A stretch of 64,000 nt of DNA from Eledone cirrhosa. Taxonomy: Eukaryota. The translations under genes and the position numbers were made by a program. The notes beneath the pieces are model-generated. The model was given only the letters and a program-made list of their open reading frames with translations. It was not told the DNA's origin and ran no database searches. The stretch is from positions 101,060,001 to 101,124,000 of the forward strand of contig OZ024741.1 in NCBI GenBank assembly GCA_964016885.1, written 5' to 3'. This document shows positions 53,100 to 64,000 of this stretch, one piece after another. Positions within the stretch are counted from its first letter, which is position 1. The number at the start of each line of letters is the position of its first letter.

Positions 53100-54715
53100 A
53101 AGTAAGGCGATCAAAGACATGAAGACGGGCAAGGCGGCCGGGCCTTCGGAAATAGTTGCTGAAATGCTGAAAGCATCTGGAATGGTGGGACACACTATGG
53201 TCACTCGGATAGTAAACCAAGTCATACAGAATGAGGTTGTTCCGAAGGACTGGCGCAGCAGCATCATCATTAACTGCTACAAGGGTAAAGGTGATGCCCT
53301 AGATAGGGGAAACTATAGAGGCATTAAATTAATTGACTAGGTCATGAAGGTCATAGAAAAAGTAATAGCGCAACTAATCAGAAAGCAGTTCGGGTTTGTG
53401 TCAGGTAAAAGTACAACAGACGCTCTCTTCATTGTACGACAACTACAGGAGAAGTACCTAGCTAAAAGTAAACCCCTATACTTAGCCTTTGTTGACTTGG
53501 AGAAAGCCTTTGACAGAGTACCCCGCTCGATTATCTGGTGGGCCCTTAGAAAACTAGGTGTTGATGAATGGCTTGTGAGAGCTATACAAGCCATGTATAA
53601 AGAAACAGTCAGCAAGGTTAGAATTAACAACGAATATAGTGAAGAGTTTAGCGTAAAAGTTGGTTCATCAGGGCTCTGTCCTTAGCCCCCTACTATTTAT
53701 TATTGCCCTTCAGGCTATAACAGAGGAGTTCAAGACCGGCTGCCCATGGGAACTCCTATATGCAGATGATCTAACACTCATAGCTGAATCAATGGCGGAA
53801 CTAGAGAAGAAATTCCAAACATGGAAGCATGGCCTAGAATCAAAAGGCCTTAAAGTTAACTTGTCTAAGACTAAAGTTCTAGTTTGTAGGAAGGAAAATA
53901 GGGCACCGGTCCCATCTGGGAAATGGCTATGCTCAGTGTGTAGGAAAGGAGTAGGCAGAAACTCCATTTTATGTCCCAAATGCAAAGTATGGGTGCATAA
54001 AAGATGTAGTGGGATCACAGGTAAGCTAACTAAGAATATAGATTTTATATGTGGCCGGTGCTCTGGTGCAATAAGTAGCAGCAAGTGCCCACAGAATACT
54101 AGCTCATTCCATTGCACAGATGGTTCTATAGAAATAGTGGACAGCTTCCATTACCTGGGTGACAAAATCAGCAGTGGGGGAGGGTACTCTGAAAGTACAG
54201 TAGCTAGAGTCAGAACGGGATGGAAAAAGTTCAGAGAGCTTATACCACTATTGGCCGCTAAAGGGTTCTCTCTAAAAGTGAAAGGCAGGCTGTATGATGC
54301 CTGCATACGAACAGCAATGTTACATGGCAGTGAGACCTGGGCATTGTGTGCAGAGGATATACGCAGACTGGAGAGAAACAAAGCTTGCATGCTCCGCTGG
54401 ATGTGTAATAGTAATATACGTGAACGGCAAAGCATAAACGAACTAAGGGAGAAATTAGGAATAAGAGGGATCAGATGTTGTTTACTCGAGAGAAGACTAC
54501 GTTGGTACGGTCACGTGATGCGCGTGAAAGACGACAGCTGTATAAAAAAGTGCAGGCCGATAAAAATAGACGGTAGCCACGGAGTAGGCAGACCCAGAAA
54601 AATCTGGGACGACTTGATAAATTCCGACCTCACACACTTACACCTCTCCAAGACAATGTCACTGGACCGAGATCTTTAGCGCCACACAGTTATACAAAAG
54701 ACCCGCCTTGCCTAA
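53100..54715 (+). mobile_element. RTE-group LINE fragment with a PHD-like finger inside the RT region
   Basis: KAAGPS, NYRGIKL, FVDLEKAFDRVP, QGSVLSPLLF and YADD; then CSVC...CPKCKVWVHKRC...CGRC. Confidence 0.88.
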
Positions 54716-54849
54716 GTACAAAGCGAAACCTACAGTCAGTAGGCACCTCTAACAAAATACACCCCCGTCCCACTACCCCCACCCCATCCACACCACCCCC
54801 TTAAATGTGAAGTTATGTTGGTACCACAACATCCAGTCCGAAACAAATG

Positions 54850-55225
54850 AGGTCGTGTAGGTGTCACAACAAAAAAACACACAGTCCACGCTGTAATGTG
54901 GCCGTGTAGGTAACACAGTAAAAACCTCCCAGTACACACTGTAAACGTGGTTGGTGTTGAGAAGGGCACCCAGCCGTAGAAAACCCGCCAGACGTGTAGG
55001 TGTCACGACAATAAAACACACAGTCCACGCTGTAATGTGGCCATGTAGGTAACACGGTAAAAACCTCCCAGTCCACTGTAAACGTGGTTGGTGGTAGGAA
55101 GGGCATCCAGCCGTAGAAAACCCGCCTGACAGTCCTGAGCAAGACAACCAATCTTGCCTCAAGTAGAACAATTCCCGTCCAGACCCATGCTAGCGTGGAA
55201 AATGGACGTTAAACGATGATGATGA
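54850..55225 (+). mobile_element. SINE-like repeat with internal tandem units and an RTE-type (GAT)n tail; relatives at about 47610-47905, 48590-48898, 52130-52330 (minus), 52555-52858, 58861-59110 (minus), 59980-60212 and 63620-63860
   Basis: Shared GGTTGG.GTTAGGAAGGGCATCCAGCCGTAGAAA and GAAAATGGACGTTAAA.GATGATGAT. Confidence 0.75.
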
Positions 55226-55369
55226 TATATATATATACAAAATAATAATTTTGATCAATACTTAAAATATTGATCGTATTGTCTGACAATCACATGGGCC
55301 AACAGGAATGCTGTATATCTATTTATATATGCATGGTCTTAGATACATTTAGTCTTGGCAATATTAACT

Positions 55370-55805
55370 GATGGCGATTGGCTGTATAAGTAGAGCATCG
55401 GAGAAAATGCTTTGCGGCATATTGCTACTGCACTTTATGTTTTGAGTTCAAATCCCGCTGAGGTTAGCTTTGCCTTTCATCCATATGGGGATGATAAAAT
55501 AAAGTACCAGTAATGCACTGGGGTTGTTTTAATCGACTTTCCCCTCCCTTTCAAATTGCTGGCCTTGTGCCTAAAGTAGAAACAATGATTATTATCATTA
55601 TTAATATATAGAGGGCGGTGGATTGGCAGTGTCGGTAGAGGGTCGGACGCCATGCTTTCCAGCATAGTTACGTCCCTTTACGATCTGAGTTCAAATCCCG
55701 CCGAGGTTGACTTTGCCTTTCATCCTTACGGGGTCGATAAAATAAAGTACCAGTAATGCACTGGGTAATTGCTGGCCTTGTGCCTAAAGTAGAAACAATT
55801 ATCAT
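55370..55805 (+). mobile_element. Two tandem tRNA-derived SINE A copies (55370-55600 and 55613-55805); another at 46977-47148
   Basis: A-box TGGCAGTGTCGG, B-box GAGTTCAAATCC, and an (ATT)-like tail. Confidence 0.85.
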
Positions 55806-56659
55806 TATTAATATATATATAATATAAAAGTAACGAAATCGCTGGTATTAAGTCAACGTTCTCTGGCCAATGTCTAGCTCACTCAACGAATCTGCTGAAT
55901 TGCAGTAATGCAGCTGCAATCAGCTGTTCAGAGTGCATACATTTAGTTAATAGCAGATACGGTGGCTGTGTTTTGGTAGTGATAAAAGTAAACATCTCAA
56001 ATCCTGGACGATATCGTTTCTGTGCAATATAACTTCACAAATGCAGATATTACATCCGTAATGTTCAGAAAGTTACGCAATATCAGCTGATATTTACGTA
56101 ACCGGACCATTACAGGTCTTCAGCAGGTGGCCCAATTCATAAGAATGCAGTGTGTGTTAGCCATTACTACTGGATAAGGTATCCAGCATTTCTTGTCATT
56201 CTCACACTCTGCCTCTAATGAAAAAAGGAAGAATTCTATCGTAGACTAAAACACATGGTTTGGTGGTTGAATTGAAACAAAGGAATTTGTGCCAAACAAA
56301 GCACTCAACTAGCTTCTCATATATGCACATATATCCATAATGAGGTTTATGCATATATATATAGTACAAATTTGGTATAAATATCCAAGGGTTTAGAGCA
56401 CTCAGTCCATAAGATGAATTAAGTAAATTAGTTATAACAGTGACATCCACAGGTACTTAAGTTTTGTTGAATTATTTATCCCAACTCATTCAGTCTGTCA
56501 GGAAAAGAAAAATGGTTTTTATCTGTGGAGATTTTAGAAAGAGTTCTAAGGGCAGGTAATCCCAGTTAGATAAATACCTTAAATATTGTAAATGAAAAGG
56601 GAGGAGACTAATGTAGGGAGACAATTCCTGGCCCTCTTAGATCTTCACTTCCCTGTTGG

Positions 56660-57193
56660 CCATAATTACCTGCAAATATTCAATCGCCACACAGTACCAA
56701 AAGCATAATATCCCTCATCACCAACAAACACAAAATCGTTCTGCCTTAATGATGCTCATGCAGAAGGCCAGAGACATGCCCCTTGGACCAACAGTGCAAC
56801 ACTCCAGCAGTGATATATCAAGCAGAAATGACCTTCATCAATCAAAACCATCAAACTGAAGCCTGGACTTATGTAGGAATGTCTGAGAATTGGTCCAACA
56901 GCCGTTTTCTGAACCACAAAACGACCTTCAGACATCTTGACAAAAATGATACCACTCGGCTCACGAACCATGTGTGGAACCTCAACGAAAATAGTGCAAC
57001 ATTTTCCATTAAATGGAAGATACTGGAAAGATTCATCCCCTACGTCAGTTGGGTGAAATTTTGTCAGTTGTGCAACTCAGAGAAGTGGAATATATTCTCA
57101 CAGCTGTCTTCAAAGAAATGCTGCTTAAATATATGGCTCAACTGCTTCAATTGCTGTCCCCATGAAGCAAAATTTGTACTGAAAATGGTCTAG
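56660..57193 (+). pseudogene. Penelope-like GIY-YIG fragment
   Basis: CPLDQQC..AVIYQA...YVGMSE...RFLNHKTTF...CQLCNSEK...CPH, homologous to 37466-38131. Confidence 0.85.
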
Positions 57194-57614
57194 ACCAGAC
57201 TAATTTAATTTATTTTTTCGACCTTTCAATCTAACCCCTGGGCTCCCTGTGAAACACAAGTTTTTTTTATAGTTACCTCCCTTGTCATTTACAATATTTA
57301 AGATATTTGTTAAGGAAGACAGTAGAAGACCACAGAAGACATGGGCAGAGGTGGTGAGAGCTGACCTCAGATTGTTGAAGCTCACAGAAGAGATGACGTA
57401 GGACCATGACAAACGGAGAAACACTGTGCTGAAGCGGACCCGTCCTACCCTTGCAAGCAGGGAAAAGTGGACGTAAAATGATGATGATGATGATTTGTCT
57501 ATACTTTCTAGAATCTCCATGGATAGAAGCCATTTCTCTTTTCATGACAGGCTGAATGAGTTGTGTTAAACAACCCAATGAAACTAAAGTACCTGAATAT
57601 GTCACTGTTGTAAC

Positions 57615-57703
<89 letters not shown>

Positions 57704-57809
57704 TGATGTAGGGGCTGATGATGATAATATTGTTGTCAATGCTGTAATTGTTATTGATGTTGTTGTCATTTACTCATTCCTCCTCTGTTTCTTCTCAATT
57801 CTATTTTAG

Positions 57810-57955
57810 TTCGGGACAGAAATAAGCAGAAAAAAAAGCCGACATCACGTCCTTCAACAACGTCTTCAGTATACACTCCCACAAAGTCAAGGCCAACCTC
57901 ACAGATACAAGATGTGTACTACGGAGATTATTCATATTTACAACAGGACTGGAAG
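57810..57955 (+). CDS. SPATA7: SPATA7 homologue exon
   Basis: Pyrimidine tract plus AG, donor AAG|GTTTCT. IRDRNKQKKKP...QQDWK; phases fit both neighbouring exons. Confidence 0.7.
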
Positions 57956-58006
57956 GTTTCTTACACTTTACTGTGCCGTCTTGAAATTGTTCTGGTTTTT
58001 GTTCTT

Positions 58007-58070
58007 TAACGCTTAATGTCCTCTAACGCTTAATGTCCTCTAACGCTTAATGTCCTCTAACGCTTAATGT
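58007..58070. repeat. 17-bp minisatellite TAACGCTTAATGTCCTC, about 3.8 copies
   Basis: Seen directly. Confidence 0.9.
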
Positions 58071-58519
58071 TCTGTAATGCAACAGCAAGACATTCTTGAA
58101 AAGTACAAAATAACACTATGACTACATCACATTAATGATTAGTCTTTAGTCTAATGCTGCAAATTTTCACAATGATCTGACCACTAGTAAAGATACTACA
58201 AATATTTGAACTAACTAACCCATTTGGGGATATTTTTTGTGAAATCTAAATCATTAGAGGATGTTAAGAGTTAACCCCCTCCCACACACACACACAACAC
58301 ATGTACAGACACAACACATACATCATACATGATATATGCACAATGCACACACATGCTGCACTACACACAAACACGACATAGACTGCGCACTCAGCACATA
58401 TGCATGCACACACGACACCAACATACAAGATACTCATATATGTAATGAGAATGTAAATATCAGCCAAGCCCTAAGAGCCTTTTGTATGTGTGTGTGTGTG
58501 TGCATGTTTGTAAGTATTT

Positions 58520-59600
58520 GATACAGTGAATAGAACTGCCTTAATGAAGATTTTGACTAAACTCAGTTCTCCTGACAAGTTTGCATCAGTTCCGAGAGGT
58601 TTTCATGATGGTATGCAAGCGTGTGTCAATACAGGTGAACAGGTGTTAGATCCCATTTTTGTTGAAAATGGGGTAAAAGGAGGGGATATATCAGCACCTA
58701 CACTGTTTGTATTGTATTTCTCTATGGTTTTCCTAATGGCATTTGATAAATAAGAAGGGCGTCTCTGGTGTCAACAAAGAATTTACATTGATACAAAGTT
58801 AAAGATGTACAGATGTGTATTGTCTTCATTGTTGTATGCATGTGAAACTTGAGTCACTTACCATCATCATCATCATCATCAACGTTTAACGTCCGTGTTC
58901 CACGCTTGCATGGGTTTGGACGGGGGTATTCCCACTTGAGGCAAGAGTGATTGTCTTGCTCGCATAGGACTGTCTGGCAGGTTTTCTACAGTTGGATGCC
59001 CTTCCTAACACCAACCACATTTACAGTGTGGGTCTGGGAGGTTTTTACCGTGTTGCCTACACGGCCACATTACAGCGTGGACTGTGTGTTTTTTTGTCGT
59101 GACACCTACACGATCTCAGTGAAATATAAAAATGTTTGAACATTTTTATCAACAATGTTTTCACCAAATACTCAGTATCCATTTGCAATCACATATGAGT
59201 CATGTTGTAGTACTGGAACAAAGTCGTTTTAATTCAATATAGATTGCACTGGAACAACCATGTTGTAAGAATGGCGGATCATTGTATTCCTAAGCAGTTT
59301 CTGTACAAGGAGTTGGTCAAAGGCAAACAGCCAAGGTATAAACCAAAACTCAGGTATGAAGACTGCATCAAAGAGCTTTGATAAAGTCAAAAATAAGAGA
59401 AGATAACCGGGAGGACATTGTCTTAGATCGATCATCTTGGAGGAATACAGTGTTTAAAGGAAAACAGGAATTTGGAAAATTTTCGTGTACAGCATGAAAA
59501 ATTAAAGAGGGGTCTGCATAAGTGTCTACACGATATTATTTTACCTCAATATTTGGTTGTTCAAAATTACTTTATGTGCAATGAGTGTGGCTGAATTTAC
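58520..59600 (+). mobile_element. Highly degenerate RTE fragments
   Basis: FHDGMQA...VENGVKGGDISAPTLF, similar to the 23.3-25.4 kb element. Confidence 0.65.
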
Positions 59601-61414
59601 CTCAGTAGAGCTGAGAAGTTATCATAGAAGCCATATACGAAATGTTGCCAATTATGGTCACTTTGGCATTTCTTCCTGTTGGAAGTATGGAAAACAATGT
59701 GCCTTGGATCCTAACATCATTTGAAGGCTCAACAAAACAAAACAGTGAACTAAAATGGAAGTAATGTTCATCACTGCTGCATATGCAGAAAGGAATGTAA
59801 ATCCCTGGCAGGGCTAAAGAATCATGTTCATGCCACCCATGTGTGAGATGGTGGTAATTCTTGAAATCAAGATGCAGCCATCATGTATGTGAATATATAT
59901 ATGGTGTTAGGAAGGGCATCCAACCAGTATAATAAAAGCCAAAATTATGAGCACAACAAATAATAAAATGAAGGGTGTTGCGCTGGTGACACGACAAAAA
60001 AGCACCCAGTCAACCTTGTATGGTGGTCATGCTGGTGACATGACAAAAAACGCATTGTAATGTGGTTGTGCCAGTGATAGAACAAAATCAATTCAATCCA
60101 TCCTGCTCCGTAGGAGCAAAACAAGGTCTCCTGACCTGACTTGTCTCATAATCTGACAACCCATCTAAGCCATGTAAGTATGGAAATGGATGTTAAAGGA
60201 TGATGATGATGATAATATATATACCCATATTTAATTATAGAAGGAAGAGCTGAGTCTAACCTTTACATGACTTTTTGAGACTGTTGGAGAAAATGGAGGA
60301 AATAACCTGTGAAATATTGTTAAAAAAAGATTAATGTTCCTCCGAAGACTGAAAGATCATCAGACCAGAGCTTATACAAGCTTCATTGGCTTTAAGTGGT
60401 TGAGAATACAAAACACCCCACCTAAACAGGATGCTACTCCCTTGCAGGGTTAATCCCCATCTGCCACTGCTGCTGCAGGTATTCATTTTCAGCTGAGTTG
60501 ACAGGAGCAATGTGAAGTGAAGTGTTTTACCCAAGACCATAGCACACAACCTGGTCCAGAAATCAAGCCCATGGCATTATGATCATAATTCCAACACCCT
60601 AACCATTAGCTTTGCAAGCCCTCCATGAAACAGAGGCGGCCCCTAACTATTACTGCAGTTTTTCTAAGTAGTAACCCAGCTGGAGGTAAGTGTCCACACA
60701 GTTAAGAGCCTGACACTAACCAACCAGAGTGACCTCCCTTTGCATTTATCAAGGGGGAATCAAACCAGTCATATTTGTTTGTGAGTCTCCACTGTGAAAT
60801 TACCTCTACCTGTTGCGGTTGTTGTTACAGCTTATATAGGTTTAGTGAAGACACATGGCTTAGTGGTTAGGATAATGGGCTCACAATCCCAAAGTTGTGA
60901 CTTTGATTCCTGAATTGGGCAGCATGTTGCTCCAGTCCACTTTGCTGCTAAAATGAGTTCTATCTAATTCAAAGAGCCAGCCATGTCACACACTGTATCA
61001 TACTGAATTTCCCTGAAAATTACATTATAAGTATGCGTCTGTAGAATGCTCAGCCACTTGCATGTTAGTTTCCCTAGCAAGCTTGAATCGCCTTAAGCCC
61101 TTGTCTTCGGAAAAGATGGCGGTTCAACAACCTAAGTTCTTTCAGCTGACCTATGAGGTTGCATCTCAGAAAGTTTCTTGAATCTTTTAATAAAAGGGGC
61201 CCTAGTTATTACTTGCACCTGTACCCTCTAACAAATAATGGTGTTAGTCTTGGTGATGGTGGTGGTATTGGTATGATAGGTATACCATTCAAAGTTATGT
61301 ATGAAGAAACAATGTAATATGGTGTGAGAAAAAATATTTTATTAAACAAAATCTCATTTAGAGCTCAAAATTGCTGATATCTATATTTTTATTTTTAATA
61401 TTTTCAATTTACAG

Positions 61415-62301
61415 GAAGCTTTCAAAAATGATGAAGATGACGATGATGATGAACTCTACCAGATTGTTGAAGCTACTCTAGGAAAAAAGCCTGACCAAAT
61501 TTCTATGACAGATTATCCTTCTGATGATAGCTGTTATGGGTTCAGCCAAAGTGCTAGGCTGTCCAACTACTATGATAAAAACTCTTCTAATGTCCCATCA
61601 TCTTCCTGTCAGTCTCGTGCCTTCAGTTCTACCAGCAGATCGACAAAAGCCTCCAAGAAATCAAACATTTTTCCCATGAAAGACCAACCAGGGGATGTCC
61701 TCCAAAGTAGGACTCATGTATTTACTCAACCTGAAAAAGAGTTCACACCTAGGATCTTAAAAACCAGTAAACAGTCCCTGTTGAGTCAATGTAAGTACTA
61801 TAACCCACCAAAACATCGTAAGGAAAAAGCAAAACCTGGATCTAATAACAGCAAGAAGGAAACTTCAAATGTATCTGAAAATTATCCTGAACCAGAATCA
61901 ATGACAGAAATGTCCTATAACTCTTCGCAGTTGTCTAAAACCTCTTCTACCTTAGTTGAAGAACCTGTACCCAAGTTAGACCTTTCATCAGGCAAAGAAG
62001 AGAGAAGGGCTAAAGTTAAACCTAAGAAAGCTACACAAAGTGAGTTTAATGTTAAAAAGAAAACATCAGTTACTCCAGATGTCGGCATCTCTAAGGAGAA
62101 TAATATGTCAGAAGAAGAAAACATTGATATAAAGAAGAACATGCTGAGAAAATATAGATCTTCACTGAATTCCACAGATAGTACCTTCAAACAACCATCA
62201 ATGCAACATTTTTCATCTAAATCACTTTCTGATATATACCAGTCTAATGAAACAAACAGCCATCTTGAAAATCAAAAAGTATATAATGAAATTAACCAAA
62301 G
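61415..62301 (+). CDS. SPATA7: SPATA7 homologue, large exon
   Basis: TTTACAG acceptor in frame with ORF 61505. GDVLQSRTHVFTQPEKEFTPRILKTSKQSLLSQCKYYNPP resembles SPATA7 GDLLDKHSELF...FTPRTLKTEAKSFLSQYRYYTP (recalled). Donor AG|GTGATT. Confidence 0.85.
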
Positions 62302-63352
62302 GTGATTGTTAATTTTATTTTACTAGGAATACAATTTTTAGTCTCTGATAAAATTTGTATATTATCCAACATGCTACAGCCACCAGCCCACTGAGCTTTT
62401 ATAGAGTTGCTTGATCAGTTAGGGTTAAAGATAGATTGCACTATAATTTATTATTGTACCCCTTTGTTTGGTACCTACCTTTCCCTTGGACAACATTGGT
62501 AGAAAGGAGAATGGAGAGAGGAGACTTGAATACATGAGTAACTACTGATCTTCCACAAAAAGACATTGCCTAGGTCGGCATGTTGTAGAACTTTCCAGGT
62601 GCAGATCCCTGGTCTCAAAAGATATACAGATCTGTTTCATTACTATGTAACCTGCTGTTTCAGTTAACCTTTTTGATACCAAACTGCTTGAAACTACCCT
62701 CTGGATTTATGATACATTATTGTTAGTTATAAAATATTTATATTTTCCTAAAAACTTTCCATCATAATTTGATGTAAGAATCTTTGTTAATTTATGTTCC
62801 AAACACCAGCTTAATAATGACAAAGTTTGTTATATCATTAAATCCCTCCAAATTCTTGATTATTTTCAACATTATTTAAAAACCATAGGCAGTGTATTTC
62901 ATTAGAAATATGGTAATGAAAATGTTAAAATATCAGTTCTTTACTATTTAAACAGCAGTTTTCTATATTTCACTATTGACATATTTTCTATTTATGAAGA
63001 CACAAACTAGTGGCTAGAGTGTTGGGCTCACAATTGCAATATCGTAGGTTCAAGTCCTGGATCAGGTGGCATGTCTCCTTTAGCAAAACACTTAACTTCA
63101 CAGTGTTTCAGTTAACAGCTAAAAAATAGTACAAGCAGTAGCTGGAGATTAAACCTGTGATAAATTGGTGCTCTGTCTGGAGAATCTTGTACTCTCAGTT
63201 ATTTAATGTCAATAAAATCAAGATAAGCTCCATTCTAATGAGCCTCTGGATTTGGGGCAGACTTTAACCTTCTTTATTTTCCATTGATTGATTATTCACC
63301 TATTTTCTATAAATAATTAATATAATTAAATGAGTATCTGTCTGTCTTTCAG

Positions 63353-63427
63353 CAGTGAATGTGAATACATCAACTTCATGAAACATGTCACTGAAGATAT
63401 TTTACTCAAAGGTTTATTCACAAACAG
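63353..63427 (+). CDS. SPATA7: SPATA7 homologue exon (gene continues beyond the window)
   Basis: ECEYINFMKHVTEDILLKGLFTNR resembles EELLYLSFIEDVTDEILKLGLFSNR. CAG|GTAAAG donor. Confidence 0.85.
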
Positions 63428-64000
63428 GTAAAGTAACTCCTCCATCTCGTTCCAGCTCTCCCTTCATGTAAACACATAGAGTAGGAATAGCCTAGTGCAG
63501 TAATGGGTAAACTGCAGCCTACAAGCTGCATGTGGTTTGTTTCGCTTTCTGAATGACATGCCTAATTTCAAAATTGCTTTGAATTTTTTTAGTAGTGCAT
63601 CCTGTCTCATGATGAGTGCCACAATAAAATACACCTAGTCCACTCTGTAAAGAAGGTAATGCTACTGTTACAATAACATGCCCCCTTCTTACTCTGTAAA
63701 GTGATTGGCATTAGGAAGAGTATCTAGCTGGAGACACCATGTCAGACCGGAATGTATGAGCAGGACATAGTCATCCAACTTGTGTTGTCACTGAGGATAA
63801 CAACACGTTCAACCCTTGCCAGTATTAAAAACAGAAATAAAACAGGGATGATGATGATGATAAATATATAAGTTTAGAAATTTAGATGTGTATGTATAGG
63901 AAATTAGAAACTTACCATTGCTTTTCTTTTTGGGAAGCCAACCTAATGCAAATAGTTATGAATAATAGTTGACACAGGTCTACAGAAAAAAAAAAATTGA

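Noticed and set aside
58007-58070. Short direct repeats as a CRISPR array
   Set aside because: No spacers, eukaryotic context and no cas genes; a simple minisatellite.

Overview
AT-rich, microsatellite-laden eukaryotic DNA; the repeat families suggest an octopus-like cephalopod (inference). There are two host genes: an intronless non-RD protein kinase (28020-28883) and the 5' coding exons of a SPATA7 homologue (48961-63427, running off the window). The rest is largely transposable elements: a near-intact Tx1-clade LINE stacked with R4/Dong-type LINEs in (ATT)n repeats, RTE and CR1-like fragments, a non-autonomous Gypsy-type LTR element with a tRNA-Trp primer site, three Penelope-like element (PLE) remnants, Helitron and hAT non-autonomous elements, and many tRNA-derived SINEs. 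The most striking unannotated signal is a cluster of type I hammerhead-ribozyme motifs of several unrelated sequence families. They lie in short units inserted in (TA)n arrays at 29.9-36.1 kb and 48 kb, and three units are long palindromes with a one-sided tail. One family matches the sequence downstream of the adjacent PLE, and one carries a compensatory U3-A8 core. All alignments and folds were done by eye; none were computed.
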